The notes: generated by a model not told the origin, from the letters alone. DNA of 63,929 bases, filler included, from Rhabdomonas costata (GCA_019059605.1; 29 parts of 29 records of this genome joined end to end with filler, not necessarily neighbours in it), one strand, 5' to 3'; positions 1 to 14,640 are shown, numbered from the whole stretch's first letter. Program-made: numbers and translations.

Positions 1-751
1 GGTTTGTTTGCAGCACCATGGCGTTTTGTTTTTCATTGTGAAACCGCGGGTTTGGAGAGTTGGTTTCAATGCTGAGCCAGTTTTTCACTGCTTCCATTCG
101 GTGTTTTGTCGCCAGTTGGCTGTTGTCAGAGGGCTTGAAACCTGGAAAATGGTAACAATCATCAGTGTCGAGAGCTTTAAGCAAAGCGCGCAGCGAAAAA
201 TGGCGAGAGGAGAAGGGCAGGCAAATCACAAGGGAAAGTGCTGGAGGAGCTGTTGCGATAGAACCTTGTCAAAGGGAAGCTCGGTGCATAATGCATAGCT
301 TTTTGCGCTTTTTGTAGTACGAAAAGGCAAAGGAAGGGGCGGTTGGTTAATGTGGAAAATAGTTTACTGGAGCCATTTTTGTTTCATCCATTAACTCTTG
401 TCAAGCCCTTCGAGCCCTTTGAAATTCCCTCCTTCATTCCCGCGTTGCCTTGGTCCTGGTCTTGGTAAACAACGCATCGGCTTCCCACCTGAAAAATTTA
501 ACTCTGTTCCGGCCAATAGACGTCTGTAGCAGTTATTTCTTGTTCTTCACCGCTGTAGAAGTGCGCAGTGAGCGCCCAACTTCGGATTTCATCGTTTTTA
601 GGGGGCTAGAGCGATGCCATATGGAGCTAACTCCGCAGGAAAGCCGATAACCACCCTCCCTCCTTGCTTGCACGCCAATGGCAAAAGTTGAACGATTCTG
701 TGGCTACTGAATGGACTGCTCCACCCCACCCCCCGCACCTCACGCCCCCAG

Positions 752-929
752 AAGCCCGGATTAAGCTTGTGCTACCTTCTGGCGGCAATACAAGTGCTGC
801 TGGTGCAGCCCAATTGTGCCGACCCCCTGATGCATGACATTGCAGAGCAGTATATCCGGGACCGGGCGGGATACCTGCGAGCTGCGAGGGACTGGACCGC
901 CAGATTCGCAAAGCGGTCAACCGGGCAAG
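752..929 (+). CDS. Ubiquitin-conjugating enzyme E2, C-terminal exon (UBE2T-like)
   Basis: CCCCCAG|AAG acceptor at 751. Reads KPGLSLCYLLAAIQVLLVQPNCADPLMHDIAEQYIRDRAGYLRAARDWTARFAK, matching the E2 C-terminal pattern (PNxxDPL...ARxWT). DPLM is UBE2T-like. Probable GT donor at 930; otherwise the frame reads to the stop at 982. Confidence 0.85.
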
Positions 930-2106
930 GTCCTTTCCTGTCTCTCTTTGTTGCTATGTGCCATCAGCGAGACACTGCTTAATCCAGGGAGATGTCCGCA
1001 AAAGAAAGTCCATCAGCCAATGTTCCCCATGGCGGGGGGGGGGGTGAAACGTTGTGTGAAGTTCTGCAGCCTGTGCGTGTGCCGTTGAAGTGCAGCGCTT
1101 CCCAACCCATGCAACACAAATAACTTCTCTCATTGGGGGCTTGATCTTTCGCTAAACCTCTCATTGGGGAGACGCTGTATCCTTCTTGCCAAAACCTCAT
1201 CTGGACGAATGCCGTGACAATATTCGGTTTTTGTGGCTGTGCTGAATGCTTGCATAGCGCGCCGGGTGCGGGGGTGTTGCATCTCTTGCCGCGCTTGTAG
1301 ATGACAGAATAGGGACCCCAGATGAACGGGTTGGCTTGAGCGTGCAAAAATTTTTTGTGCATTTTGTTTCGCAGATGGAGCTCTTCCAGAGGTTGCCACC
1401 TCTTGCCCAACCTCTCCAAAGTCGAAGCGGCCACGTTTGGAATAGCCTTTTTTTTTGGCGCCAAGTCGCTGACTTATGCTCTCTGCGTGGCAAAGGAGAC
1501 AGTGCCTGTCAAGTCCCGAGTGTCAGTCGGGAGCGCTCTGTTGCAATGATCTTAGATCTCTGAATGCTCGTCCCTTTGTGATGTGCCGCAGGCTTTGCAG
1601 AGTTTCGCCGTAACCGCACAGCATTCCCCTGGCTGCCCCGGCGAACGCTGATTTACCTTTCGGACCATCCCGATATTCACTGCTTCCAGAGGGGACTAGT
1701 CCAGATTCCACTTTGGGGGCCCAGCAGCGAATGATTTTAGTCACGCGTGAATGTGTGGGAGAGGTCCGGAGGAAGACTGCCGGAGAACCGACATGTGAGA
1801 AACTTCGCTGTGTTGTTTCGTGAATACCTCCAACGACTACTAGAAGAGTGCTTGTGGGAAATTTTTAGCTTCGCTTTAGATTTGCACGGACGACTTTCTC
1901 CCTGTCAGAAGCAAGAGAGGCATCCATGGTTTAGCTGGCACGAAGGAGTTGCTATTGGAGGCTCCTTCCATCCCCCCGCATCGGTGCTGTGCAAAAGTCA
2001 GAGTGGCTTCATTGCTTTCCGTTCGCGAGTCTCAACATTCCTTTGGGTTCACGAAACTCAGGGGACCTGCGTCAAATTGTGTAGAAGTGCGAAAAGTCCA
2101 CTAACC

Positions 2107-2206
2107 NNNNNNNNNNNNNNNNNNNNNNNNNNNNNNNNNNNNNNNNNNNNTTAATTAATTAANNNNNNNNNNNNNNNNNNNNNNNNNNNNNNNNNNNNNN
2201 NNNNNN
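2107..2206. other. Artificial contig spacer (N44-TTAATTAATTAA-N44), first of 28
   Basis: The same 100-nt linker with six-frame stops recurs every ~2.2 kb (4312, 6518, 8725, 10930, 13136, 15364 ... 61727). It splits the window into 29 contigs, so adjacency across spacers has no biological meaning. Confidence 0.99.
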
Positions 2207-2677
2207 GGGGGTTGTTATGGGTAAAAAATCATGAAGACAGAGGACCCGTTCCTCTGTAATTTATTGTTATTATATTACGTATGATGTGAACGGACTTGGA
2301 GCACCCATATTTTGGTCGGGGAACCTTATGATGCTTTTGCTACGGGTTGACACCGAAAATAATCTGTCACCGCTGAAAGTGTTCAGAGAACTCAACGTTC
2401 TTTTCTTTTGACAGGAGGGCAAAATGAATAACGCCCTTTGCTTAAAGTGCGTCGGGTGTGAAGTGACTGGCTTATCAAGCGAAAAAAGTTGCGAAAAATG
2501 ACTGTGTCGGGGCAGCAGCCCAGCTAAATGGGTCTGAGAGTGGCAACTGGGGCTTGGCTGCCATTCGTGAAAGCTGGTCAGGGAGAGCAACAAAGAGTAG
2601 TTCCACACAAGACGCAGCCTTCCCGCGGATACGCTTGATTTGGTAGGAGTCGGGAGGAGGGGATGCGGCGCGAATAC

Positions 2678-4050
2678 CTCGCAGATGTAGGGAAAGTAGA
2701 TCCAACCTCCGAGGACTTTGCAGATCGAGGAACGCACCGCGGCAGTCTCATCCGTGATGTGAGTCAGCATCCGCCGCAAAAGCAGCTCGATCTCCTCGGG
2801 CTGATAATGCGAAGTCACCCAAGGTCTCACCCAGCCCCCGACTATCACAAGCGACACCTTTCCGCACCTCTTGCCAAGTATTCTTTACGCTGTATGTATG
2901 CTTTACGCCGCTTTGACATTACAACAGAAGTGTCACGTGGCAAATATCAATCTTGCCAATCGACGAGGTCACTGCTGTTTCCAGACCCACTCACCCCACC
3001 ACCACCACCACCAAAAAATCACACCACCCGTTGCTGCCATGTCCCACAAGAACCTGAAAGTCCGCCACAGTGTCCCCTGTTAGGTGAGCGTAGCACGCGA
3101 ACGTGGCGGCGCGAAGGGATTGCAGGGGGTCGGCAACGCTCAGACTGAGGATGTGGTCCAGGATGTCCCGCCACTGCTCCGAAGGGATCCGACGTAGGGG
3201 CCCACCCTGTTAGATAGCGAAAGCAGAGTGAAAGCGACTAGCCCCCTTCAACCTTTGGTTGGAGTTGGTCGGGGACCTTGGAATCCTCCAGTGTTTTCCT
3301 TCGGGTACGGTACAGACACCACAGGGCAGAGAGGAACGAGAAATCAGACACAGCTCCCTCGCATGGGTGAGAAGGGCAAGGAGGCAAGCAATCAGGAACG
3401 AAAGCCTACCACCAATCGCCACCCAAAAGGCGAAGGAAGCCACATACCTCTTTGGCCGCTGGGGGGCCCCCTCCCTCGTCCTCATCGGGGGCGCCACCGC
3501 CTGCGGCAGTGGACAACTCCGGCTCCTCATTCTGCAGCACCCGCACCGTCCATAGCACATGTAACACTTTCATCGGCGCTCCTGAGGGTCCAGCTACTTT
3601 CATACGTTCTACACTTGTCTCGCCTCACTCCAACTGTACAAGACTGCAACATGTTTTTCTCTGTTTTTCGGCATTCGCGGTGGATTTCTCATTCCTGGGC
3701 AAACCGGGACAATATAATGGTTATGTTGGTCCCTTGGATTCCACGTTGGATACTTTCACGCCCCGAGCTGGCATACACAACGTCCAGCAATTGTCACCTG
3801 CTTTTCTCACATGCCGTTGACATGCACAGACGACCATGCAGAGACAGTATGCATATCAAAAAACACGAAAGACCCTAGCACGCTGCCCTAGGAGGCTATG
3901 GTGGCCATTTGTCTGTCCGCCCCATCCCATCCCAACCCTCCTCACACCTCTGTGTAGTTCTGGATAAACGTGAGCACCCCGTGCCTTACTGTGGACTCTT
4001 TGTCCCGGACCATCAGCTTCAGGCTGGGAAACAGCTCCGGCCATTTGCGG
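2678..4050 (-). CDS. HEAT/ARM-repeat protein (HEATR6-like), 4 internal exons
   Basis: Exons 4050-3948, 3531-3448, 3206-3054 and 2800-2678 join in frame through GT-AG introns. HEAT-type motifs DKESTVRHGVL, DPLQSLRAATFAC and DETAAVRSSICKVLGGWIYFP. Confidence 0.7.
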
Positions 4051-4457
4051 CTACGCAAAGCATAGAGATCAGGGGAACAAATATACAAAACTCATGGTAG
4101 AGGTGTGCACATCCGAGGGACGGTAGAGATAGAGGTTCGCACCAACAGAAGGCAATGGCTTTGAGAGGCATTCTTGGAAAAAGGGATGCATCTCACGTGA
4201 ACACAGAGCAGCAGCAAAGGTGTCGAATGGCAAAGGAATGTGTGCGTGTGTTTGTGCGTGTATGCCGAAAAATTAATTAAAAAGAAAGGCATAAGTCATA
4301 AAACACAAAACNNNNNNNNNNNNNNNNNNNNNNNNNNNNNNNNNNNNNNNNNNNNTTAATTAATTAANNNNNNNNNNNNNNNNNNNNNNNNNNNNNNNNN
4401 NNNNNNNNNNNTGTGGTGGACCCCACGTCCAGCCCAAGACAGGAGTTCCCTTCCAAG

Positions 4458-6517
4458 ATGGAGCTGCCCCACGCCTTGCCCTTCTTCCGCACTGTTCCCT
4501 TGAAGTGGGTGGCGGTGGCGCTGATGTGCCTGTGCACCATCGCCCCTTCGCTGTCGCTGTGGCTGGCCTCTTGGAGTACGGGGCAGCAGGCGCTTTCCAC
4601 GGTGCAGGACTTGGCGCAGTCCTCGTTGCAGGTGTGGCAAATAGGATCGTTGAGAAGCCGGATTTCTTGCTCTCTTGGTATTATCGCTTGCTGCATTGGC
4701 ACCCATGGGGAAATGCTCTTTACCCAACCACCGATATTGATCTGAGCTCCGGCTGCGCTTTCCCGGCCTCTGTCTGTCTGTCTTTTTGTCTTTCTGTCTG
4801 TCAGTCTGTCAGTCTGTATGTCTGTCTGTCTGTCTGTCTGTGTGCGTGCGTGCGTCTCTCTCTCTTTCTTGCAGACCGCTGCCACGCAGATGCAGTCCAC
4901 GCTGGCTGCCAGTGTAGGTACGTACCTGGACACCGTGGTTGACCGCGTGGAGGCTCTGACCCTTAGCACGGTATCCCTAGTGCAGGGCTCTGGGGTGCTT
5001 GACCTGCCCTCGGCGCAAGCCCGGGCCGACATCACTACCGTGCTGCCTTTTCAGAGCTCCCTGCTCTACGCAATCAAGGCAAACCAATGGACGCTGATGT
5101 TGACGCTCTCCGTCTCACAGCCGTACGTTACCCCGTGCACACGTGCACGTGCACATTGTCTCTCACAAGCATGCACAGAATGTAGTTGTTTGAACGTAGT
5201 CATTTAGCTTTGAGACCAGGCAGCCGCTTCGCTAACCCTGTGCATACGCAATGGGATTCCACCAGCTCCTGACCGATGCTGGAATCGTGAAAAGGAAGCT
5301 GAAGGTGGAGAGGTGATGATACATTTGCATGTCGTGTCCTTGCCCCGTATTCCGGGCGGAGCGGGAACACACTAAACCGCCAGTGAGAGACCTGCCAGGT
5401 TCCACCTTGAATGCAGTTGTCGTAGTCCAGGCCGTACTGAGCAGGCTGAGGATCCACAGTTGACGACACGGACTAGAACGCCGCGGGATGCGCACAGTCC
5501 TCTCTTGTGTTGAGGAGCGGGATGTTTGAAATCTTTTGCATGCCCCCGGGCCGCTCTAAGCCGGACACGATTGTCGTGTCGTCCACGCATGCTTGCAGTC
5601 TTAGGCACGATGCAGGACTGTCAGTGGGCCCTGCAGAAAGCACAGATTTCGTTTCGATGACGTGGAATTCTACACTCTCAAGCACACCCGCCATCTGCTG
5701 CATTCATCGTCCTAAGCTGCTCGAGCAGTCATTGCACCCAGCAACCGCATTCGCCTTTGGAGCATTGCCCTGGCTTTTGGCTTCGCTCTGCTTTCTGGGT
5801 TCCCTACTGTGCTGCGGGGATTCGATGACAGACCTCTGGCGAAGAGGGAGAGGGCGTGCCCGTAAACCCAGAACGGCGGGACAGTGCCATCGTACTCAAC
5901 GAGTTTTACCTCAACCCATAGCCAAGGTGACCCCCCATCCATATTGGACCCCTTCGGGAAATTCTGACATCTCAGTGGCCTTGAGGGTTAGCAATAACGC
6001 CGCAGAACTGACGATCACCCGGGGGCCCCCTTTTCTCTTTTGTGTCGTGGTAGAGATAGGCGGGGGCACACTGCAGGAACTTTTCGTTCAGCTGTATCAG
6101 TCTTCATTGAGGTTTCTCTGTTCTATGTCCTGCTACCGTTTTCTCTCTCCTGGTTGTTTTTTGGAGGCGTTGTGCTGCTGGTCACGCTTCCCCATTTTCG
6201 CAGGAGCAATTCCTCTGATCCCCCAGAATCTGAGCTTCCTCTAACTTACGCCAGCGTCTCCCTGCTGCGCGTCAATGTGAATGCCATCACCGCGGCCCTC
6301 GAGGAGACCTTCATGCGCATTGAAAACACGCTGTGCTACCAGGCTCGGCAGCTGAGGCTGCGGAGCTGCATCCTCAACAAGACCACCGGGGCAGAGGTAC
6401 TCTGCGATGAACTTTTCTCGGACACCGCAACTATCACGGTGGTGCGGGCTCTGCGCAGCTCCAGCCCATGGTGCCAGTGGCAGAATGTGGTGGTCTTCAT
6501 GCCCATCACCACCCCCC
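4458..6517 (+). CDS. Membrane-anchored receptor-like protein, N-terminal part (possible receptor nucleotide cyclase or kinase ectodomain)
   Basis: Exons ~4458-4631, 4875-5122 and 6204->6517 join in frame through GT-AG introns (phases 0 and 2). A hydrophobic segment WVAVALMCLCTIAPSLSLWL precedes a helical S/T/Q/A-rich region. No catalytic domain is on the contig, so function is inferred. Confidence 0.6.
4768..4854. repeat. Intronic (TCTG)n/(TGCG)n microsatellite
   Basis: Imperfect tetranucleotide tandem array just upstream of the acceptor at 4874. Confidence 0.9.
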
Positions 6518-6699
6518 NNNNNNNNNNNNNNNNNNNNNNNNNNNNNNNNNNNNNNNNNNNNTTAATTAATTAANNNNNNNNNNNNNNNNNNNNNNNNNNN
6601 NNNNNNNNNNNNNNNNNGTTGTGGTGTAATGACATGGATGACTTCAAGGGTCATGACTGTGTAACTGTGGAAGAAGTGGCTGGTCATGGTCCATCCGTC

Positions 6700-7868
6700 T
6701 GCATCGCTTCCTTTTCACCACTTTCCCAACCCCAACTTACATCTGCAGTGTCGCAAACAACTACAGACTTTCTGGACCGCTCCAGCATATGTGGGTGTTG
6801 ATGATGAAGATCTGTTGCCTGAGGAAATTACACCAATCGGGGCCGTCTGCCTTAACTTCTCTGGGTGGTTCCACCAACGGTCCCCTACCAATATTCATCC
6901 GTCGAAACTCTCTCCCAACTTATGTGCAACTGGTGGCTGTGTAAGGTGCTTCGGGGCTCGGGGGACATACTTTACCCACTGCCTCGTCTCTGGAAGCTGT
7001 TACAACAACTCTCTGGAAAGAAGCTTACTCCTCAAAACCTCATTAATCAACCACTCGATATTCTCCAGTTCTAAAAGAACCGATCCCTCAACCACCTACA
7101 TCACATACGTTACAATGGCATGATCCTCCAACACTGGTGGAATGGTACTCAGGATTGGTAACTGTGGAGATCCCTGGGCAACCATCCTACACTCGTTCAA
7201 CTCCTGGATAGCCTTAGCAATCTCAACTCTTCCATGCTCCAAAATACCCACTAGATTTGTGATCTCTGCATTCTCATTCCTGTACTTATACTGATCTCAA
7301 ATCCACGGCACTGCATTCACCCACCTTGTGGTACTTTCACCAATCCCGAACATCTACTATTTAGTCGCTATGCAGTCTCTTTTATCACCTTCTCCAAATC
7401 TGTGAAAGACTTATCAAAGCACTGCTCACAAGCCTCATACCGATTCTGTAGATTGGTTCTCACAAACGCGTTTACACCTGCCCAGTAACGCTTCCCTGAA
7501 GGGGTCTTATGGATCTGGGACATACCCACAACTCTGGAAGCAAAGTTTCCATGAAGCCAGTCACAAAACACAAACGATCTTGAAACCAACCCTCCAGACG
7601 CACACACACAAACTAAGCTCTGAAAGTAGTAATGAAACTCCGGAAGGTTAGATCCAAGAACACTGGAATCTGAAGTCATGAACTCTGGAACAAGTAGCTA
7701 TCTAAATACTACAGCGATTTGTAGAAACCACAACCATCTAGAGAAACGCTGGAGCTGGCACACGATGTGTAGATGTTTCAATCCATCCTCACCTTCCACC
7801 ACCTTCCACCAAAGACCTGAGTCTGGAGTCTGGAAATTGTACTCCGCTCTGAAAATTTTGCTTTGCAC
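6700..7868 (-). pseudogene. Long degenerate ORF2 downstream of the methyltransferase, function unknown
   Basis: ORFs 7698-7922 and 7368-7679 share a frame. Protein-like sequence with scattered stops continues toward the contig end. It begins at a polypyrimidine-CAG acceptor (7870-7869), and its N-terminus aligns weakly with 47626-47865. Confidence 0.5.
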
Positions 7869-8013
7869 CTGAAAAGAGGAAGCAAAGAATGCAAACACAA
7901 AAGCCAAAGAAGAAGCGTCCATGGATCGTCCTACCTAAACTGCTTCACACCATATACCTCACTTAACAATTTGTGGAAAACTCACCTAACCAACATATGT
8001 GGAAACCCACTGA

Positions 8014-8470
8014 CTACACTCCTTCCACCTCTCTTCCCACCAAATAAGAAACCATTGTACCCAAAGTGGGCTTTGAACTCAAACATCCTGTGCAATCAAG
8101 GTACTACCTTCCATTCCCACGCTGGCTTTGCACTGTCAGCTTCTTCAAAGTAGAGTACCACGGTGCATCTGGCCACTGTGTAATTATCAGCATCAGCCGA
8201 GATTTATCCCGACATGCTTTCGCCAGCACGTGAGCGATGACGCTCAAGGGCGGGTTGGCGTACTGGCACATATCTGAAATCCCCACACAAGCAAAAGCAT
8301 TATAGACCAATGCCTCTGTATCCCGCTCATCTGCAGTAAAATACCTCGGTAGCTGATGATGTCTCTATGAAGCAAACAGGTCAATACAAGGTGTCAAATT
8401 GTAACACATCGCTATAAAAATCGTCGGCTCTAACTTCACTTCTTCTTCCGCACCAAACTCTGGACAAATG
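8014..8470 (-). mobile_element. Degenerate transposon-type Dam-like N6-adenine DNA methyltransferase domain (copy 1)
   Basis: EEEVKLEPTIF...PCIDLFAS*RHHQLPRYFT...NAF...YANPPLSVIAHVL...ITQWPDAPWY...SYLVG. The DLFAS and NPP motifs match the MT domain of DIRS-type retroelements. In-frame stops at 8365-8367 and 8104-8106. Confidence 0.85.
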
Positions 8471-9023
8471 GCTCGTCCTACAATTGGACGCAACATCACA
8501 TCTCCGTAAGCATCATCTTGTGAACCTTCTTCATCCGTCACCCTGTGGAAAGTCCTCAAAATGTACTCGCAAAGCATCAGGTGAAGTGCGAAATGCACAG
8601 ATCTTTTATCCGCTTTCCTCTGTAACTCTATGAAGCGCTCCTCCATACGATGCTTTGTCTTCCTCTTGCAGGTCATACTCCTCTGGTCTAGCAGGAACCT
8701 CTAAACTCTCTGGAACCACCCACANNNNNNNNNNNNNNNNNNNNNNNNNNNNNNNNNNNNNNNNNNNNTTAATTAATTAANNNNNNNNNNNNNNNNNNNN
8801 NNNNNNNNNNNNNNNNNNNNNNNNTTGTTTGGGCGCGTAATGCCCGACAGCATCTCATTGAGAGGTAAGTCAAAGCACGCTTGAAGTGGGCTGCGCAATT
8901 TGAATGGACTTGACAAACGTCTACAAATGCTGCTTCCCAACGCTCCAACCAGAGCAAAAACGAGCCCCATTTCAGCTCCTCTACCATCTTTTCTTCTCAG
9001 CTGTATTGGCCAGAAAGGCTTAC

Positions 9024-10526
<1,503 letters not shown>

Positions 10527-12750
10527 TCAAAAAGAAGCAAAAGCAGATGGACAATCAACACACACTACTCGCGCCGCCTTTTTGAATCAGCGTCAGGCCC
10601 AAGTTGAGACAAATACAAATAATCTGCTGCTTCACCATTATGGAAACCTTCGGCGACCACGCCCCTGCTGCTGCTGTTGCTGCTTCTTCTCCCTCTGGAA
10701 TTCTCGCCCAGCAGTCGGGTGGGGCCGCGCACTTACTTTTCCCTGTGGCTTTGGAGACTCAGCGCGACACATCTAGACCCTGGTGGACTCTTCGGAGACT
10801 CTCCGCCAATGGCTGCTCTCGGGCGCCCTTCCTCCCCTCGGACCCAGGGAACGGGCTCCGTTGCTGCTTCAGTCGACCTGGAGCAGTCTTGCGTCCTGCC
10901 GCTCTCGGCCTCCTCTTTGCCCCAACAACNNNNNNNNNNNNNNNNNNNNNNNNNNNNNNNNNNNNNNNNNNNNTTAATTAATTAANNNNNNNNNNNNNNN
11001 NNNNNNNNNNNNNNNNNNNNNNNNNNNNNGTGTATGATGTCCTGTTATCCCTAATTGGTAGGCCACGTTCGTGGTTGCGCCAGTTAGGTGCTTTTGGGTT
11101 TGGTCACGAATTATGTTAACTGGTATACGCTGGAGAAGGGGCTACACTGAAAACTGAGAGATTCGCTGATCTGTTCTTGGAAGGGCACATCATGGCAAGC
11201 ATTTTTGGGATCAGTGACATACGTACAGGACAAGTGAACTTTACTTATTTTACTTTTGCTTTTGTTCTCAGACTTTTTGCAGCATTTACATTTACAGCTC
11301 CTTTGCTTTGTTCTAAACAGAATCGGTAACCCACTCCCTAATTTCTGGATGAAACGCAAAAAGAAAACGCCAACAATAAAGTTTAAAAATTTTCCACACT
11401 CCGAAATTATGCATATTTTGTTGGACCCGTTTTTAATCTTGAGTCAGTCTTTGAGATTTACTCCAACCCACCTCCTGCCGCAGGTTTCACCGTTCGTCGC
11501 TGAAGCTGAAATCCGGCTCTCAGCGGACAAAGTGTTCAGTATCCTTTCTTTCAGTGTGTTGAATGCATCTCTGGGGTGGATCCCCCGAGCACGGATCCAC
11601 GCCTGTCCTATCGCGCACTCTTGCTACCTCTCCCGCAGGAGGCGCACAGTCGTAATGATTTCGAGCGAAAAGAATATTTTCCTGTTTGGGTGTGCTTTTT
11701 GCGTTTTTTCTTCTCTTTGATTTGAAATGTGGCATTCAGTCTTGTCTTGTTGTTTTGCGATCCAGCTGAGTCCTGATTGCAGAGCAGCAGGTGTTATGCT
11801 GTGGCGATGCAAAACCGCACGTTGACAGAAAAGAGATAGGGTTTTTTGTTTATATATCCGCTGATTGTGAGCGTCCAAAGGTTTGGCAACCGGCAGACGA
11901 TGCAGACTGGTGCCTATTCTGGCTTCCTGGTTCCTGTATATACCACTTTTGAAATGTTTTTCCTTTGCTCTGTTCGTCGTAGTTTTGCCATGAATACTCT
12001 GGCAATGTCCAGCTTTCTACTCCGCTTCCGCTTCCGCTCCGCTCCCTTTTCTGCTTGTTTTCCGTTCTCCGCTTGCAAGACCCCGTGTGTCCTCTGTACC
12101 TTGACATATTCTTTCGGGCACTTGCCCAGACCGCTTTGCAAGGATTCGGTTGTCCTTGCATCTCGGTGACCCGAATTCTCATATTTCCCAACCTTTTTCT
12201 CTGATGTGGTCACTTGCTGCAGTGAAAGCCTCTTCTGCCACCACCGGAAAAGCGCGAGATCGGGGTGTATTTCGAGCATTTGCTTCGCCGATGATAATGT
12301 CATTGGGAAAGACCCCATGGGCCTTCACACAGGGGAACTTCCTTTTAGTGTGCATTGAGTGTGCTATTAGCACATCCAATTCGTCTGTTTTTGCTCTAGC
12401 ATGTGATGCACCACCTTTTTGTGTTCACTCCAAAGTCAGCTATGGTATCGTTGGGATGCCGGGTCACCACAAGACTGGCCAGGTTACCCCCGCCACCGCC
12501 AGCCCCGTGGCCCCTTGTTTTTTAAAATGAGAACATTGAGCGTGTTGTTTGGATGACCCTCTGAAAATGGTATTGTTGTGGGAAATCTGCAACCACGCGG
12601 TCGGGCCACTTTGGCGTGTTTTGTATGGTTTGCTTTCCAACTGGGTTTTCTCGCAGACCTCTCCGTGCCTCCCGCTCTTGTTTTTGTTGCTGTTCTTCGT
12701 TCTGTACTGTATTTTGTTTGTTTTTTCTTTTCTGTTTTGGTTTTCCAAAG

Positions 12751-12981
12751 ATGGCCTCCTCAGCCGCTATTGCCTTTTTCAAGAAACATTTGGGTCGGGA
12801 GTTGACTCTGGACGAGGAGCGGATGCTCACGAAAGTCAGCCCGCAGGGAGTCGCGAAGATCAACGCCGACTTCTGCAAAGGTCCGCTCTCTTCCTGCTTC
12901 GAGTTCGCTTCCAATGCAGTGGACGAGTGTCATCGTAAACATCACTCCCACGCCATCTCCCTCCTTATATTGCAGCTTTAG
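12751..12981 (+). CDS. Hypothetical 76-aa protein, single exon
   Basis: The ATG directly follows a long T-rich tract ending CAAAG. Codon third positions are GC-rich, and an AT-rich segment follows the TAG. No family recognised. Confidence 0.4.
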   Translation: MASSAAIAFFKKHLGRELTLDEERMLTKVSPQGVAKINADFCKGPLSSCFEFASNAVDECHRKHHSHAISLLILQL

Positions 12982-14399
12982 AAGTACAATCTATCTTAAA
13001 TGATTTATTACACAATAATTTGTGGATGATTAATGTTAATAAAGTAAAAAATCTATTATATTCTAATCCATGGGTCCCCCCACACGCACACACACACACA
13101 CCAAAGCAGTTCATTACGGAATATACCCCCCAACCNNNNNNNNNNNNNNNNNNNNNNNNNNNNNNNNNNNNNNNNNNNNTTAATTAATTAANNNNNNNNN
13201 NNNNNNNNNNNNNNNNNNNNNNNNNNNNNNNNNNNTTTTTGGTGTCAGATACTAGGTATGGTTGCGGAGGATACCCCAGACCACAATAAAAAGACATTCA
13301 AGTACCCAGGCGCCAGACTGGCCTCCGCAGCGCTGGCCTACGCCCGTAAACTGGCGCTTTCAAAATCAATTTTCAGTTTGTTCTGTTTCTCTGTCACATT
13401 ACCAGTCACCAGTCGTTACCCTCAATGGGAATCGGACGGGTCATTTTCCCACAGACTAAATATAGCCATGCCAAAAAGGCTATGGCTGAGGTATAATCGC
13501 TAAATCGAAACACCGGGAGGCCAGGGAGTGTGCGACAGAGCGTTTGCGAAGCGCTGCAGTGCTAGCTGAAACGAAAGAAGCAATAAAAAAACTGCAGAGA
13601 GAGCTCATACGGAGCGCGGCGCACCACCGAAGGAGCAGGCTCTGAGGGGAGCGAAAAAAAACGGCCGCCAGCAACAAGACAAGATAAGCAAAACTGCGTC
13701 AAAAAGTGATAGAATGAAATACTGGATGGGGCAGCACAAGAAATGGGTCAAATGCAACGACATCTGGCCCGACCAAAAATCCCCCAAGGCGTCACCGTCA
13801 TCCTCACCACAGAGGAGACACCCCTCCCAAATAAAAAACTGTATCAAGCTCATCTGACTCTGACTTGAAGGGAAAGAAGACAAACAAAAACTACGAGTAA
13901 GGCAGATAAAAGCGAGAAGCCGAGCAACGCATCCACCACAACGTTATCCTATCTGCAAAGACCACCGGCAGAGACCATCGGAATATGTGACGAAAGTAGG
14001 TCCCAGAAACTCGCAGACCTAAGTGCATAGGCGTGAGGGGTGATATGATGATCGCGGTGAACACAAACCATTCCTTTCCCTGTGAAGTCCATCTCACGAT
14101 TCATACCATAACAGTACTCCGGCGCCGCTCGTACCGACGCTGGCTGGAGAGTTGCCACCGCGGGTGCCGAGCTCAGGGGACTCTCACAGTACACCCGTGG
14201 TTCCACCACACTGCACACACCCAGAAATGCACAGTCGTTTTTACCCCTTGCACAAACTTACGCAGACAGCACAGGATCGAAGGAAACCAAAAAAAAACGC
14301 GATAACGTCAACGGTAGCGAAAAATGAGAGGAGATATGATCGATCCAATCACACCAAGCGTATGTGACCAGGGTACAGGACACAAGCCTCTGATGACTC

Positions 14400-14640
14400 G
14401 CACCGCGGTTGGTTTCTGGCTGTTCTGGAGGTTGCGTATCCCCGATCTAATTGGTTTAAGCCAGCACACAGTGTCCAACCTTTATCAGAAAATACGGGCG
14501 CGGCTAGCCCCATCCTGAGCGCCTGCGAGAGAACTAAAGAGACTGGGTGAAAGGCGTACCGTGTGGGAATCGGCACAGAGTAGGGCTCAACCACGGAGCA
14601 CGTTCTGCCCAAAGAACAGCACAATAATAGGGAATAAGGA
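14400..14640 (+). mobile_element. Possible degenerate Merlin/ISXO2-like transposase fragment
   Basis: IGLSQHTVSNLYQKIRARLA followed by LG...RVGIG...HNNR across a stop and frameshift loosely resembles the HTH-to-(V)EIDES-KYNRG region of ISXO2-like transposases. Judged by eye only. Confidence 0.25.

Noticed and set aside
5200-5703. Antisense reading frame with one stop inside intron 2 of the receptor-like gene
   Set aside because: No recognisable motif or codon bias; it cannot be told from chance without a search.
8014-8470. Bacterial restriction-modification or phage Dam methylase contamination
   Set aside because: The copies are decayed, repeated and followed by eukaryotic splice-acceptor tracts, with no nuclease or operon context.
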